From NCBI RefSeq assembly GCF_006345805.1, contig NC_043014.1, positions 53,568,001-53,632,000 of the forward strand: 64,000 nt of DNA. The letters run 5' to 3'. This stretch comes from Octopus sinensis (lineage: Eukaryota). The notes beneath the pieces are model-generated. The model saw only the letters and a list, made by a program, of their open reading frames with translations. It was not told where the DNA came from and searched no databases. The position numbers were made by a program, and so were the translations under genes. Shown one piece after another: positions 1 through 13,112 of the stretch. Every line of letters starts with the position of its first letter. The stretch's first letter is position 1.

Positions 1-68
1 AAAGAGACATGAAATGGAGGAGATATGTTGGCAAAGGAAATTCTTTCTTGAAATCTCTTCTCACTCAC

Positions 69-243
69 CTTTCCTGATGACATCTTCTCTTTCTCAATAA
101 GTTTATTTTTTGATTCATTCTGTAGTTTACTTGGGATCACGTTCATCTGAACTGAGTTAGATTTGCCTCTACTTTTGAAAATCTTGGAGAATGGGGACGT
201 CTTCTGCCACTGTCTCACCGAAGAATCTGCACAAGTTTCTTCC
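69..243 (-). CDS. ABCC1: Gene B exon 20 (linker): EETCADSSVRQWQKTSPFSKIFKSRGK...SKNKLIEKEKMSSGK
   Basis: Acceptor ccctgcag, donor AAG/gtgagt; 175 bp open frame ending in KLIE.E....G, which precedes TMD2 in ABCCs. Confidence 0.85.
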
Positions 244-582
244 CTGCAGGGAATGGGAGAGAAAGAATGAATGATCGAAATGTGTGTGTGTATTGTTTTA
301 TTGGTTTCAGTCATTTGAGCTGCAGCAAATAATTTTCATGACTTTTTATGTTGTTTAGCCCTAGGTCAGCAGCCTTGGTTGAACAGGGAATGTTTTTTTT
401 TAATATACAAAAACACATTTGGATGAAGCATTTATATTCAAATATTAATCAGATGTATCACTGATAGTCCTAAGGAAGGAAGCTATGGAGAGAAAGCTAC
501 TATGGAAGCCTCATAGTATAATAATACCTGTATAATAATATATTATAAAAATATTTATTCACCGATTTGAAGCAACAATTTT

Positions 583-985
583 TAAATACAAACAAATGGC
601 TGGAAAATGATGAGCTAATCCTAGCCAGAATTGAGCCCACAAATCAACGTTAACATGGCTCCTTGCGCATCCGACTGGGCCAAACACTCACCCATCAATT
701 ACAGCCAAATTTAATGAATATATGCTTAAACTGTCTAATACTACATATAATATTTGTAAACAAACCGAAACGGCTTTGTAAGTTACAGAGAGAAAGCTAC
801 TATTTGTTTACAAATACTATATGTAGTATTAGACAGTTTAAGCATATATTCATTAAATTTGGCTGTAATTGATGGGTGAGTGTTTGGCCCAATCAGATGC
901 ACAAGGAGCCATGTTAGTGTTGATTTGTAGGTTCATATCTGGCTAGGGTTAGCTCAACATTTTTCGGCCATTTGTTTGCATTTAT
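583..985. mobile_element. ~400-bp palindromic MITE-like element (arms ~583-764 and ~803-985, ~38-bp spacer)
   Basis: Left arm ...acaaatggctggaaaatgatgagctaatcctagccaga...atttgtaaacaaa is the reverse complement of the right arm tttgtttacaaat...tctggctagggttagctcaacatttttcggccatttgt, with scattered mismatches. Confidence 0.8.
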
Positions 986-1216
986 AGATTGTCACTTCAA
1001 ATTGAAGAATATATATTACTATGATATATTATTATACAGTTATATATATATAAGAATAAAAAAATAAAATAAAATATATACATACATATTCATATATATT
1101 TAACATATTTTTGAGGCATGATCTAGGGGTTAAGCAACAACAACACTGCTGGCCCACTTTGAGACTGACCTTCCTCCAATATATTGTTCCTCTTCTACAG
1201 GCCATAAAATACTCAC

Positions 1217-1328
1217 ATTGACTTTTCATTTTCATAGGCTGTATCAATCTCATTGTCATTCTGAACACTGTTAGTTGAGTCAATCCTTGAGTTAGACCTC
1301 TGTGGTATTTTCATATTCAGCTCAGCAA
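1217..1328 (-). CDS. ABCC1: Gene B exon 19 (NBD1-TMD2 linker): VAELNMKIPQRSNSRIDSTNSVQNDNEIDTAYENEKS
   Basis: Acceptor atatag, donor gtgagt; 112 bp open frame with phases 1 to 2 matching both neighbours; low conservation, as expected for the linker. Confidence 0.7.
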
Positions 1329-1797
1329 CTATATACGGAAAAGATAAGTCTGAATATCATTGAATATAAACAAGATTCATCATCATCATCGTTTAACGTC
1401 TGCTCTCCATGCTAGCATGAGAAAATCTAGTTAACTTGCTCTCCTCTTTGATCGATGCAGATTTTCCAGTCAGCTTATTCCGCTTCACCCTCATTTTGCT
1501 ATATGTATGCATGCATGTATTTATGTGTGTGTGTGTGTGAGGTTACAAAGTTCACCTCCCTATCATACAGCTTCAGATTATGTCCCACTACATGGCACTT
1601 GTACTACGTGTGGATCCAGGCTGACCAAGCTTTGTGAGTGGATTTAGTAGACAGAAACAGAAAGAAGAGCATTGTATGTATGAGTGTATATATGAGAGAG
1701 AAAGAGAGGAAAAAGAGAGAATGAGTGAGAGAGAGAGAGAGAGCGAGTGAGAAAGAGAGAATGAGGAGTGGATGGAAAGACTAACCTCTGGACTTAC

Positions 1798-1981
1798 CTT
1801 CCATTGATTCAGTTGATACCTGTCTTTGAGTGAGATGAGCTTGAAGAAAGTGGGCAAATGGTCCGTTATGATCGACCAGCTCATTGTAATTCCCCATTTC
1901 TGATATTTGTCCACCATTCATGACTACGATATTGTCCACTTCAGGTAACCAATGTATACCATGAGTAACAAGGACACGTGT
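1798..1981 (-). CDS. ABCC1: Gene B exon 18: TRVLVTHGIHWLPEVDNIVVMNGGQISEMGNYNELVDHNGPFAHFLQAHLTQRQVSTESME
   Basis: Acceptor gtgtag, donor G/gtaagt; 184 bp; H-loop TRVLVTH. Confidence 0.95.
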
Positions 1982-2346
1982 CTACACAGAAGGTAAGGGA
2001 GAAAAATATATGAAAAGAAAAATATTATATTTATGAATGTGTATGTTGCTGCCAAAATAATTCAAATAATGTTAGTCATGAAGCTGTTGCATTTTGATCA
2101 GCATATGAATATTTCTAATTAGACTTTTGGGGTTCTTACCTCAATAATAATTAACTTCTCTTTTTAAAACTATAGCATTTGAATGAACAGATGCTTTTAT
2201 GCCGGTGAAACTTTGGGGCATCCAGATCTAAGCTATAAACTGCTAATACAATTTAATCTCACAATATGTATAAAGTATTCACCCACTCACGCACGCACAA
2301 ACACATGCACGCACACATGGACGCACGCACACACGCAGCATGCACG

Positions 2347-2412
<66 letters not shown>

Positions 2413-2778
2413 ATATAAAATCCATTCTGTCTATCTGTGTGGTGTCGTCTAGGATCTCAGGCATCCTTCATCCGATTGCACTCAAATTTGATATATAGAT
2501 ACCAATGACATCAGGGCAAGTATAAGTTTTGAAAAAATTACAAAAATCGATTCCAGGTGAGAATGGTAAAGCCGTGGGAACATGCATTTTTCTTTGGAAT
2601 AGAAAATAGTCTATCTTTATTTCTTCTTTTGCTGGTGTCTCAAATTTAGGTTAAATCAGTGTTTCTCAAAGGGGAGGCCTATGGGACGGTTGGACAATTT
2701 TATTAATTGGGTGTCTTTCAATAATCCTCAATAAATTTTATTGGTTCATTGATAGTCCAAAAAAGCCTTATTAGCTCA

Positions 2779-2997
<219 letters not shown>

Positions 2998-3242
2998 TCA
3001 TTTGAGGCAGCTTCTGAATAATAAGCAGAATACTGGTCAGTGTATGCACTAGGTATTAATATGAGTATGGGAGTGATGATGGGGGGGAGGTGACAATGAT
3101 GATGATGATAATAATAGTACTGAAGTTGATGACACTAATGAAAACGATAAAGACAGTGGTGATGATGATGATGATGAGGCCAATAATGATAATGATGATA
3201 ATAGTGATGTTAATGGTAATGATGATGATGATGCTAACTCAC

Positions 3243-3419
3243 CTTGTCTCCTATCTCAGACTCACTTCCATCCAGTAAGAGAGCAATGTCAGCTAACAAA
3301 GCACATGCTTCAATGACTTTATCATACATAGACTGGTCATACTCTTTCCCAAAGAGAATATTGTTCTTAAGGGTGTTATTCTGTATCCATGCTTCTTGAG
3401 GAACAAAGGCCACTGATCC
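3243..3419 (-). CDS. ABCC1: Gene B exon 16: GSVAFVPQEAWIQNNTLKNNILFG...SESEIGDK (NBD1 Q-loop)
   Basis: Acceptor caacag, donor gtgagt; 177 bp. Confidence 0.95.
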
Positions 3420-3893
3420 CTGTTGAGAATAAAATTCATTCTGTTTCACTACTTCACAATTAAACACTGATTCAGTGAAATCCACGACTTTAACTGGCTG
3501 CAGCATTTTATTCGGCATTGCACGGAAATCACAGGGAAAGGTTTTAATTGATCACACTGACCCCAGTATTCATTTATGTTTGGTACTTACTTTATTGTTC
3601 CCTATTTATCAAATGGCTATGTCACATTTCGATGTAAATAAAAGCAACTCAAAGAGATACAACATAGGCCACCATTTTACACTAATGGAACTCAGAAGCA
3701 CACAAATACATATGTATGAATATATCTTTATTCAATAACTGTCTTATCTCCTTCAGTTATGGAGACAGAGAAGCTATTAATTATAATTTGTTACCGAAGG
3801 GTATAATACAGCTCTATAATAATAATTATAACATTAGAATGTGGAGGGGTGGGGGGACTGTCATTTCCAGGAGATGGACAAAAGAAATAATAC

Positions 3894-4020
3894 CTGAATT
3901 TCAACTGAACCTTTTAATTTCTCCATTTCACCTAAGATGGTAGATATCAAAGAGCTTTTGCCTGATCCAACAGTACCAACAACAGACAATAGCTGACCTG
4001 GTTTTATTTCCATATTGATA
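3894..4020 (-). CDS. ABCC1: Gene B exon 15: (D)[42 protein letters not shown] (NBD1 Walker A)
   Basis: Acceptor tttcag, donor CAG/gtatta; 127 bp; GTVGSGKSS. Confidence 0.95.
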
Positions 4021-4144
4021 CTGAAAAGAGAAAAATCAATAAAAATGCTACAGAACAGAACAGTGTGATGGTTGAAATCATAAGAAATTGTAGAAGGTGG
4101 GAAGACTAATTAGTAGTGGGTGATGGCTACATTAATTAGTAATA

Positions 4145-4175
<31 letters not shown>

Positions 4176-4686
4176 TGCAAGACCTTCTCTCTTCACTTTC
4201 TTTGGCCCAGGAAGATAAGCTCAATCATGAAGCCTTCCAAATACAGCCACCACACAACTTCTTTTGCCATAGCCACCGGGCAGAGGAAAAGTATCTGATT
4301 TTCATTACTAAAGATTGTTTGATAACTGGATTTATCCCACATGTGATAACAACCATTTGATATGAGCCTAATAAATCTGAAAGCACCTGAATGAGTGCAT
4401 GCCAAATGATTTTGTCACACTTTGTACGTTTTGGACAAGTTTAACTGCTATTGCTCCAGCCTGGCCATGCCTACAGAGTTTATCCTGCACTGGCATATTC
4501 CTCAGCAGCACTATAAGGTCAACAGAAGGAGGACAGTGAAATAGAGGCTAAATTGAATATCTTCCTCCTCCTCCTTGTCATTGTCATCATCATCATCACC
4601 ACCATCATCTTTTAACATCAGTGTCCCAAGCTGGCACGGATTGGATGGTTTCACAGCATACCTGAATTATGCAAAAGAAAACTTAC

Positions 4687-4759
4687 TCCTTCAAGATGAA
4701 GCTGTCTTCATTCTCTACATTCCAAGTAAAGGTTCCATCTTTCACAGCAATGGCAAAAT
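4687..4759 (-). CDS. ABCC1: Gene B exon 14: (D)FAIAVKDGTFTWNVENEDSFILK
   Basis: Acceptor ccacag, donor gtaagt; 73 bp, phase 1 to 2; A-loop GTFTW. Confidence 0.9.
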
Positions 4760-5206
4760 CTGTGGCAAATATACATAAATTAAGAATGGTAATTAACTTT
4801 GGGAGTAAACTAGTAAACAGTCCCCATATAGTGTTTGAATTATTTAATTCTAAACGTAATAATGCTAAAACTGCTGTGAAAGAGGGTGTGAAGGGATCAG
4901 AATTATAGATGTGTGGTGTAAGATTTTGATACTCAGTAATATATTTAATACTCTTACAAAACAAAACCAGAATGGTGTCCTTTCTGTGGTAACAAACTAC
5001 GGTATCTGTTCAGTAGTCTATCTTGTAACTATTCTGTGGATAAAGGTTTTATCCCAGATCTTGCTGCCAACCTACAGCCATATAGTTAATGTAGGTCCAT
5101 TTAACCATGCCAATTTGCCACTCTCTCACCTTTCATAAAATTTATAGGAGGTACTTATCATGTATTAGAAACCTCTGATATCTGTTCTGGGTGGTTAAGC
5201 CTAAAG

Positions 5207-5612
5207 TAACTATCTTGTGGTAACTGTTTCATGATATCTATTTGGTGGTAAGTATCCTTTGGCAACTAATCTGCAATATATATTCTGTCCTTACTACTCC
5301 ATGGTAGTATGCACCCTGCTGTAGCGAACTTGTGGTAGCTACACTGTAGTAACTATTCTGTGATAACTACTCTGTGGGATCTATCTTATGACAGCTATTC
5401 TTGTACTGACTATTCTATGGTTGCTCTCCTGGGGTAACCAAGCTGCCATAACCTGCTTGTGGTGTTTATTCCATGGTAAGTAATCTGTGTTAATATGTGA
5501 TATCTGTCTTGCAGTTACTATTCAAAGTTAAGTACACCATGGTATCTATCCTACGGTAAACATTCCATGATAACTGTTCTGTGTTAACTGTTTTGTTGTA
5601 ACTACTTATAGC
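5207..5612. repeat. Degenerate 14-bp minisatellite, consensus ~TAACTATTCTGTGG, ~29 units
   Basis: Consecutive 14-mers: taactatcttgtgg / taactgtttcatga / tatctatttggtgg / taagtatcctttgg / caactaatctgcaa ... Confidence 0.7.
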
Positions 5613-5822
5613 TAAGTGGATGGGGTCACCTACGAGGGTCTTGGTTATGGACACAACACAATATCAGTTACAGGGTTTGCAACATCAGTCTGTTGGTGAG
5701 TTCTGTTGATGCAATCGTCAGTCCCACAAGAAGAAAGAAGCTTCAATGTGTGGAGTTAAAGTCTTTCATAGAAAAATATTTCATTTTGAAACTAAAGACA
5801 ATTCAAGAGAAAGCTTCTATGA

Positions 5823-6575
5823 ATAAATAATAATAATAATAATGAAATTATTGTGTACAGTGCTCAGGTGCACCACAACTTGTCAGAAAGTGCATATAAA
5901 GTACATGCAGTAGTGTAGAAATGTCTGGGTGTATGGAGGGGAGAAAATCAAGTGTAGTGTTGGCGAATCTCAGGAAGCATGGAAGTCTTGAAGGAAGCAG
6001 TGCTCCGACAACTAACAACCGATGTCGGCAGTTTGTTCCACGCTTCAGCAACTCTCAGCGTGAAAAAATGTTTCCTGAAGTCATGGGAGCTGTGCTGTTT
6101 TCTTACTTTGTAAATATGTCCACGGGTGTTAGATGGGTGGAGTTTGAAGAGGTGCTCAGAGTTATTGTTTGTGCGATGGTTGATAATTTTATGGGTGTCA
6201 GACGTCGGAGTTTCAATGTGTCCATGCCCAGGGAGGTAAGGCGTTCAAGATATGGCAAATGCCTGATGGAGGGTATTCTTTTGGTTGCACGTCGCTGAAC
6301 AGCTTCCAGACGATTGATGTCCTGGGCAAGATAGGGGCTCCAGACCGGCGATGCAAACTCCAGGTGAGGTCTTACCATAGCTATATACAGCCGCAGATAG
6401 ATAGCCGGAGAGCGGCTCACAAAGGATTTGGTGAGTGATGCCAAGACACCCTCAGCCTTCTTGACAATTTTAGCGATGTGTTTTGTCCAACGCAAATCGC
6501 TGTCGACAATAACACCCAGGTCACGTTCACTTGAAGACTTTTTGAGACTAGTGTTGTGGAGGGAGTAGGTGGACG
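5823..6575 (-). mobile_element. 5'-truncated CR1/L2-group LINE (ORF2 C-terminus, 3'UTR, (ATT)n tail)
   Basis: ERDLGVIVD...VRPHLEFASPVWSPY..DI.RLE.VQRRATK..Y.ERL..LG..TL..RR, then after a frameshift NTRGH.YK...RKHFFTLRV..WNKLP; (TTA)n tail at ~5823-5845. Confidence 0.9.
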
Positions 6576-7365
6576 CTGGGTTTCTCCTCCCAATGTTGCT
6601 GAATTTGCGAGAAATAGCAACCAAAGATCCTCAAACGATACCCTGTCATAAAACAAGGATAGATTGGCCAATATTATCAAAAATGTACAGAAACACAAGA
6701 CAAAGCATGGATGTCATATCATAGGTTTATGACATGTCAGGGCTGATCAGGGACAAAAAAAAATAAAGAATAAAGAATAGATGTTAAATGATGATGGGTC
6801 CATAAGAAAAAAAAAAATGAACAATTAAGTAGGATCACCTTCAATGTGACCTTTATTTCAACTCTTTCTACTTTTTTTTTTTACTGATTTCAACCACTGA
6901 ACTGTGATCATGATGGGGCACCACATTCTGTAGCATACATCAATAACTTGATCCCAATACTTTTTATACGAATCAGTACATATTTCATGAACCTCATGAC
7001 ATAAAAAACAAAATGAACTTATATAGGATCTGAACTTGGTAAGTAACCAAATAATACAAATATAATTCTGCTTTTTACTCCCCAGAGAGATTCTTCTCTC
7101 TCCTCACTGTTATCTACCATCTACATTTCAAGTTTGCCTCCCTTGCTTTTCTTAATCTGAATTAATCATTAAAATAATGGGTTTTCCCTTCTACCTATGG
7201 ATAAAATTTTAATTAATTGAAATGTACTGTTTCCTATATTACATATATTACCACCAATTTTTTTAATTAATCAATTAATCAAGTAAACAAACATAAAAAC
7301 AAGCATGTCAGGAAAAAATTAGCCAAAAATAAAATGAATGGCACACACACGCATGTGTGAAAATG

Positions 7366-7402
<37 letters not shown>

Positions 7403-7447
7403 CAGCACAAATGCACAGATTTAAAATTTAACACAAATTAATCTTAC

Positions 7448-7532
7448 CACTTCTTGTCACATATTTTACATAATTTGAAGACAAGTCAGGGCTATTCAGA
7501 AACTTGCAAAGTCGTTTTAATGAAACAGAGAG
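7448..7532 (-). CDS. ABCC1: Gene B exon 13: LSVSLKRLCKFLNSPDLSSNYVKYVTRS
   Basis: Acceptor ttctag, donor G/gtaaga; 85 bp; VSLKRL..FL motif. Confidence 0.92.
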
Positions 7533-8046
7533 CTAGAAGAAAAAAATCAAAAAAAATCAGAAAGATAAATTATTAGAATACTTTGGATGTCTTTTATATA
7601 ATGAACAACACAACACCACAGTAACAACCACCAATGCAACCATTATAATTGTCCTAATCAACACCACCTCCACCATCAACACAGCAGTAACAACCTCCAT
7701 CACCACCAATATCATCATCATCATCATAATCATTACCATTTACAACTAACTATTTACAACATTACCACCACTATAACCGGTGTTATCATTGCCAGCAAGC
7801 CTCTTGGTAGTCTCTTATCCTACTAAAAGAAGCAGTTAAATTCTCTCAAATCACACCCTACCACCTTGCATAAACAGAAATATCAAATAATGATGTCCCT
7901 GACATACAAAAATAAAGGGTGATGGTCACATCTGAAACACCTTTGATCATAGGTCCACTCAGTTCAGAGATGACTTGGGACTAAATAACAACAACTGGTA
8001 CTCTTGGACCCATCACATAAAACTGTAAGCTGTATGAAGGACTCAC

Positions 8047-8193
8047 CTGCATTGCGTATGTTATAAACAGTGGAATCATATCAATTGGACCATAGAGTAC
8101 ATTGAACAAAGAAAGCGAAACAAAAGCCTTCTGTGTAGTGAGGTGATGATTGGTAGAGGATAGAGTGTATGTTGCAAATGTGACAAAGGTAAC
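8047..8193 (-). CDS. ABCC1: Gene B exon 12: VTFVTFATYTLSSTNHHLTTQKAFVSLSLFNVLYGPIDMIPLFITYAMQ
   Basis: Acceptor tttcag, donor gtgagt; 147 bp; AFVSLSLFNxL motif. Confidence 0.94.
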
Positions 8194-9987
8194 CTGAAAG
8201 AAAGTCAGAGACAGATAAATGCCACAACATTCAAATGTTACAAAAGATTGGAAAATAGACAAAAAAAAAAAAGAAAAAGAAAAAGGAAAACAAATAACAA
8301 TGCCACATTATAGTCAATTTCTTGTGTTTTACAAAATGTCAGGTAATCATTCCATTTACATTTATCATTGGATCTGAGAATGTATCCAAGATCTCTGAGT
8401 GAATTTGATCTCCAAGATGCATGGCCTTCAACACCCCTATATCTGTGGCACAACTGTACTGAGATGATAGGAAAAAGTTATCCAATTGTAGAGAGCAAAT
8501 GGTGGTCTACTTTTATATCCCAAATGCATGAAGAGTGATGTTATAGCCATCAGTAGGATTGAAACCCCTTGGTTGAATTTGAACTCAGAGGACAAAGACA
8601 CAGAATGGACACTGCAAGTTATCTCATTTGATGCTCAAGTAATTTTGCTATTGGATTTATTTATCAAACCCATCACCTCTCAAAAAATGGTGAAGCTGGT
8701 GTCAGTGGGATTTGAATTCAGAATGTAAAGAGTGAGAACAAATAATGTCAAACATTCTGTATATCCAAGGCTCTAACAACTCTGCCAGTTCATTGTCTTT
8801 TGGATAAAATTGAATGACAAAAACCAAGCTTCTTCTTTAGAGCCAGAAAATATTCCAGTTCTGATCAGCTATTGAGTTTTTAAAGCCCACTCTTTGGGTT
8901 GGTGTTGCTGCTGCTGCACACAAACATCTTAGCAGCAGATAAAAGGCCATCTGACTGTTTGGCAAAAGCTTTTTCCCCCACTGCAGTGCATTCTTTCAGG
9001 TTGTTCTAAGTGCTGTTGATAATACATAATCCAGTGCAATGCATTACACTAAACTGCTGCCCACCTCCCACCAGCAGGGTGGTTAGAAAGGCAACAAAGA
9101 CAAAAAGCAAGACCCAGCAAAAGGTTGGTTGAACTTAGCATAGAGTCAACAACCATTTAGCAATTATGCACATGGACGTACAAATACACAAGATGTTAAA
9201 TCAATGTGAAATAAGACTATTCTAGGAGAGATGGGCTACTAGTTCTGTCAGTCAAGATTAGACTGTATCTGCTATAAAATCTGGTGGTTACAACTGGTGC
9301 CCTAACCTATGCACCTTGCAGCTACCCTCTGTTCTTCTGAACTAGTTCTATACCACCTCCAACAGGGTTCAGCAAATACATTTGTCTCTTATCACATTTG
9401 GTCATCTTTAAACTGTGTCAAGGACAAAATATTCTCCAGTATTTAGTTATGTCTCTTTATGTTGTGAGTTCAAATCCCACTTAAGATAACTTTAACCTTC
9501 TCCATCCAAGGGCTGAGAAGCACTAGTCAAATACTGAGGAAAATTTAATTGCTTATAACATCTCTCATATAATTTTCAAACTTTTGCTTTTGAAAAAAAC
9601 CAATATCATTGTATTAAATTCTATTGAGGTCAGTGGACCCTTTTGTTCATTGGGGGTAGTTTAAAAAAGGACCATTCAGGTGCAGGAGTTGATATGATCG
9701 ATTATACTCTTCCTTCCAAATTTGAGGCTTTGTTCCTCTATCAACATTCAGTATTAAGATGTCAGACGGCAGAGACTATAGTGACAGAACGAAGACCACA
9801 TTTTGCTTTCAAATCCAGCTGTGGTCAGTTTTTTCCTTTCATCCATTTGAAATGCTATGATACCAGTTTAATGTTTAATCTAATCATCTGTGCCCTTTTT
9901 ATTAAACTTTGTAACTATGTACTAATGTCAAAAATCAATATTAAGAGAGAATCATTTGGCATCCAGGTGATGCTGTTTGTGTGTGTG

Positions 9988-10590
9988 ATCATCATCATCA
10001 TTAAACATCCGTTGTTCATGCTGGCATGGGCTGGATGGTTTGACTAGGGCTGGTAAGTTAAGGGGCTGCACCAGACTCCAGACTGATTTGGCATGGTTTC
10101 TATGGCTGGATGTCCTTCCTAATGCCAACCAGTCCGAGAGTATAATGGGTGCTTTTATGTGCCAGTTGTGTGACATCAATATCTGCCATGACTACAATTT
10201 CACTTGGCTTGAGGGGTCTTCTCAAGCATGGCCAAAGGTCTCAGTCCCCAGTCATTGCCTCTGTGAGGCCCAACGTTTGAAGATCATGCTTCACCACCTC
10301 ATCCCATGTCTTCCTGAGTCTACCTCTTCCACAGGTTCCCTCCACTGTTAGAGATCCGCACTTCTTTACACAGCTGTCCTTGTCCATACCACATGACCAT
10401 ACCAATGCAGTCGTCTCGCTTGCACACCACATCTGATGTCTCTTATGGCCAACTTTTCTCTCAAGATGCTTACACTCTGTCGTACATGTACACCGACATT
10501 GCATATCCAGCGAAGCAAGCTAGCTTCATTTCTTTCAAGCCTACGCATGTCCTCGGTGGTAACAGCCCATGTTTCACTGCCATGTAGCAT
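9988..10590 (-). mobile_element. RTE-clade LINE 3' fragment with (GAT)n tail
   Basis: LHGSETWAVTTEDMRRLERNEAS.LRW.CNV...RL.WYGHV and GRGR.RKTWDEVVKHDL in shifted frames. Confidence 0.88.
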
Positions 10591-11559
10591 ATGTAAATAT
10601 ATATATAGGACAAGATTCATTAGAATCTAAGAATATCGACATGTTGGAAAAGACACCAGACTAGATGGTTAAGGAGCTTTGAACTATCACCGTTCATGAA
10701 TATATGGGTATATATATGCGTACGCGACTGAGAGGGTCTATACGATAATGTGTGTGTGTATGTTGGGGTATAACAATGTCCTCACATATGTATACATACA
10801 AACTTGATGGAGGGTGTGTAAGCATATGTACATGTATCCTCATGGATAAAAACATTATAATCTAATGTATATGTCTAGAAGTACATGTGTGTTCTAAAGT
10901 TGAATGAATAGCAACAGCCCAGACATCCTTAACCTTTGCATCTGGTGTCTTATCTGAACAACCTTCTTGAGTATGTTTTTTTCTTATACAAACATGTCTG
11001 CTACTGCATCACCAGTCAGAACTGTAAACTAATGAAGATAACAACTAGGAACATAGGGCAGGTTTTACCTGGTTGCCTGCTGTGAATCTGCTTCACTTAC
11101 TCTATAAATTCTGTGCTACTTTCTCAAATTTCCACTATACATATATGTATAGGGTGTTTTTTATGTCTCCATTTTTTCAAGAACAGCTTGATGTATAGGT
11201 GAACAGTCAATAGCATTGGAAAGCATAAAGATTAAAGTTATACTGTAGAGAAAACTGACATGGAGGCCTGGAAGCCAGCTGAATATTGGGAAAGAGTTAC
11301 CCGTATAATGATGATTTGCACAGAGCATTGAAATGCTGACATCGTGACTGCTACTCAGTGCTCCGTTGTGTCAAATGCAGTTGTACATGTCATGTGTTAC
11401 AGACATGGCATGGACAGCTGCATTGGAGAGTATGAAGCTGTGGCCACCTTGAAGGGATGTGGCAAGCATTCTGATTATGTCCACACTCCAGAATTCATCA
11501 CCACATCATGGAACATGGCTTTAGGCTCAGTTCAGACAGTTATGTGAAACTGTTGAAGA

Positions 11560-11950
11560 CTGAGGTCAAATCTTTGCTGGAGATGGTAGCTACTGGAAGG
11601 CCATATGTGTGTGTGTGTGGCAACAAGATTTGAGTCCTTGCCGTACTTCTGGAAAGAGAACTGGTTGTCAGAGAATTTCTACAATTTCACGAAACCCAGT
11701 TTTTGGCCTCTAAATTCCCCTGATTGTAATCCCATATGTGGGACATGATTGAGAAGGACACCAATCACTCTGCTGGCAACATAAAGGCTGAGATGGGGTG
11801 AAGATCAAGGCAATGTCTGAAGATCTTCTCAGGAATACAATAAGGAAGGTGTGTGCCAGATTTCAGAGCTGTGTTGAGGCTGTGGTGGAAGCTGATGGCA
11901 GTTACTCCTGCATAAGCAGTTATCTCCCAGCCATAATCTAATTCATATTT
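11560..11950 (+). mobile_element. Decayed Tc1/mariner-superfamily transposase, C-terminal part
   Basis: Reads approximately ATGRPYVWQQD..PC.TSGK...WLSENFYNF...FWPLNSPDCNP...RF..CVEAVVEADG across frameshifts (WPxNSPDxNP motif). Confidence 0.72.
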
Positions 11951-12046
11951 TTGGGGTTTTTTTCAAAATGCTTTTATTTTTATATGGGACTCTTATGTTT
12001 TCTTTACCTTTTACGCAAAATATGTATATATATGGTACATATATAT

Positions 12047-12428
12047 ATACTCTTTTACTTGTTTCAGTCATTTGACTGCGGCCATGCTGGAGCACCGCCT
12101 TTAATCGAGCAACTCAACCCCGGGACTTATTCTTTTGTAAGCCCAGTACTTATTCTATCGGTCTCTTTTGCCGAACCGCTAAGTAACGGGGACATAAACA
12201 CATCAGCATCGGTTGTCAAGCAATGCTAGGGGGACAAACACAGACACACAAACACACACGCACATATATATATATATACATATATACGACGGGCTTCTTT
12301 CAGTTTCCGTCTTTGGTCGGCCCGAGGCTATAGTAGAAGACACTTGCCCAAGGTGCCACACAGTGGGACTGAACCCGGTACAATGTGGTTGGTAAACAAG
12401 CTACTTACCACACAGCCACTCCTGCGCC
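12047..12428 (-). mobile_element. tRNA-derived SINE with an internal (CA)/(TA) microsatellite
   Basis: Minus-strand head GGCGCAGGAGTGGCTGTGTGGTAAG (A-box-like) ... GGGTTCAGTCCCAC (B-box-like); the same family recurs at ~25545-25970. Confidence 0.85.
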
Positions 12429-12767
12429 TATATATATATATATATGTATATATGGCAGGAAATTGTGAGGACCTTAGGTTGATAACTGATGAGAGATAAG
12501 CATATGCATGTCTTATATAAAACTGTAAATATTGCGTAACTTTTTGCGCAGAACTTTTGTGTGTAATGGAGTTAAAAACAGAGTGGTATTGAAACGATTG
12601 TAACTGGTCATTAAAAATGTGTTTATCTCTTTCTTTGTCTTTTTATTTGCATTGTCATCATCATCATTAACATTAATTAATGCCTTTTCCTATGCTGGTA
12701 CAGGTTAGTTGGTTTGACAATGAGCTGGCAAGGGTGGGAGCCACACCAGTCACACAATGTATATACA

Positions 12768-12774
<7 letters not shown>

Positions 12775-12850
<76 letters not shown>

Positions 12851-12858
12851 TATATATA

Positions 12859-12924
<66 letters not shown>

Positions 12925-12930
12925 TATATA

Positions 12931-13015
<85 letters not shown>

Positions 13016-13038
13016 ATATATATACACATATATATATA

Positions 13039-13109
<71 letters not shown>
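12775..13109. repeat. Compound (AT)n microsatellite, ~335 bp, with recurring CAC...TTT interruptions
   Basis: Directly visible in the sequence. Confidence 0.95.

Positions 13110-13112
<3 letters not shown>

Noticed and set aside
2183-2464. HT/CV-repeat ORFs (also 28025-28234, 29073-29407, 53556-53823)
   Set aside because: They are translations of (CA)n/(TG)n microsatellites.
5921-6298. 125-aa plus-strand ORF
   Set aside because: It is antisense to the CR1 LINE ORF2 remnant.
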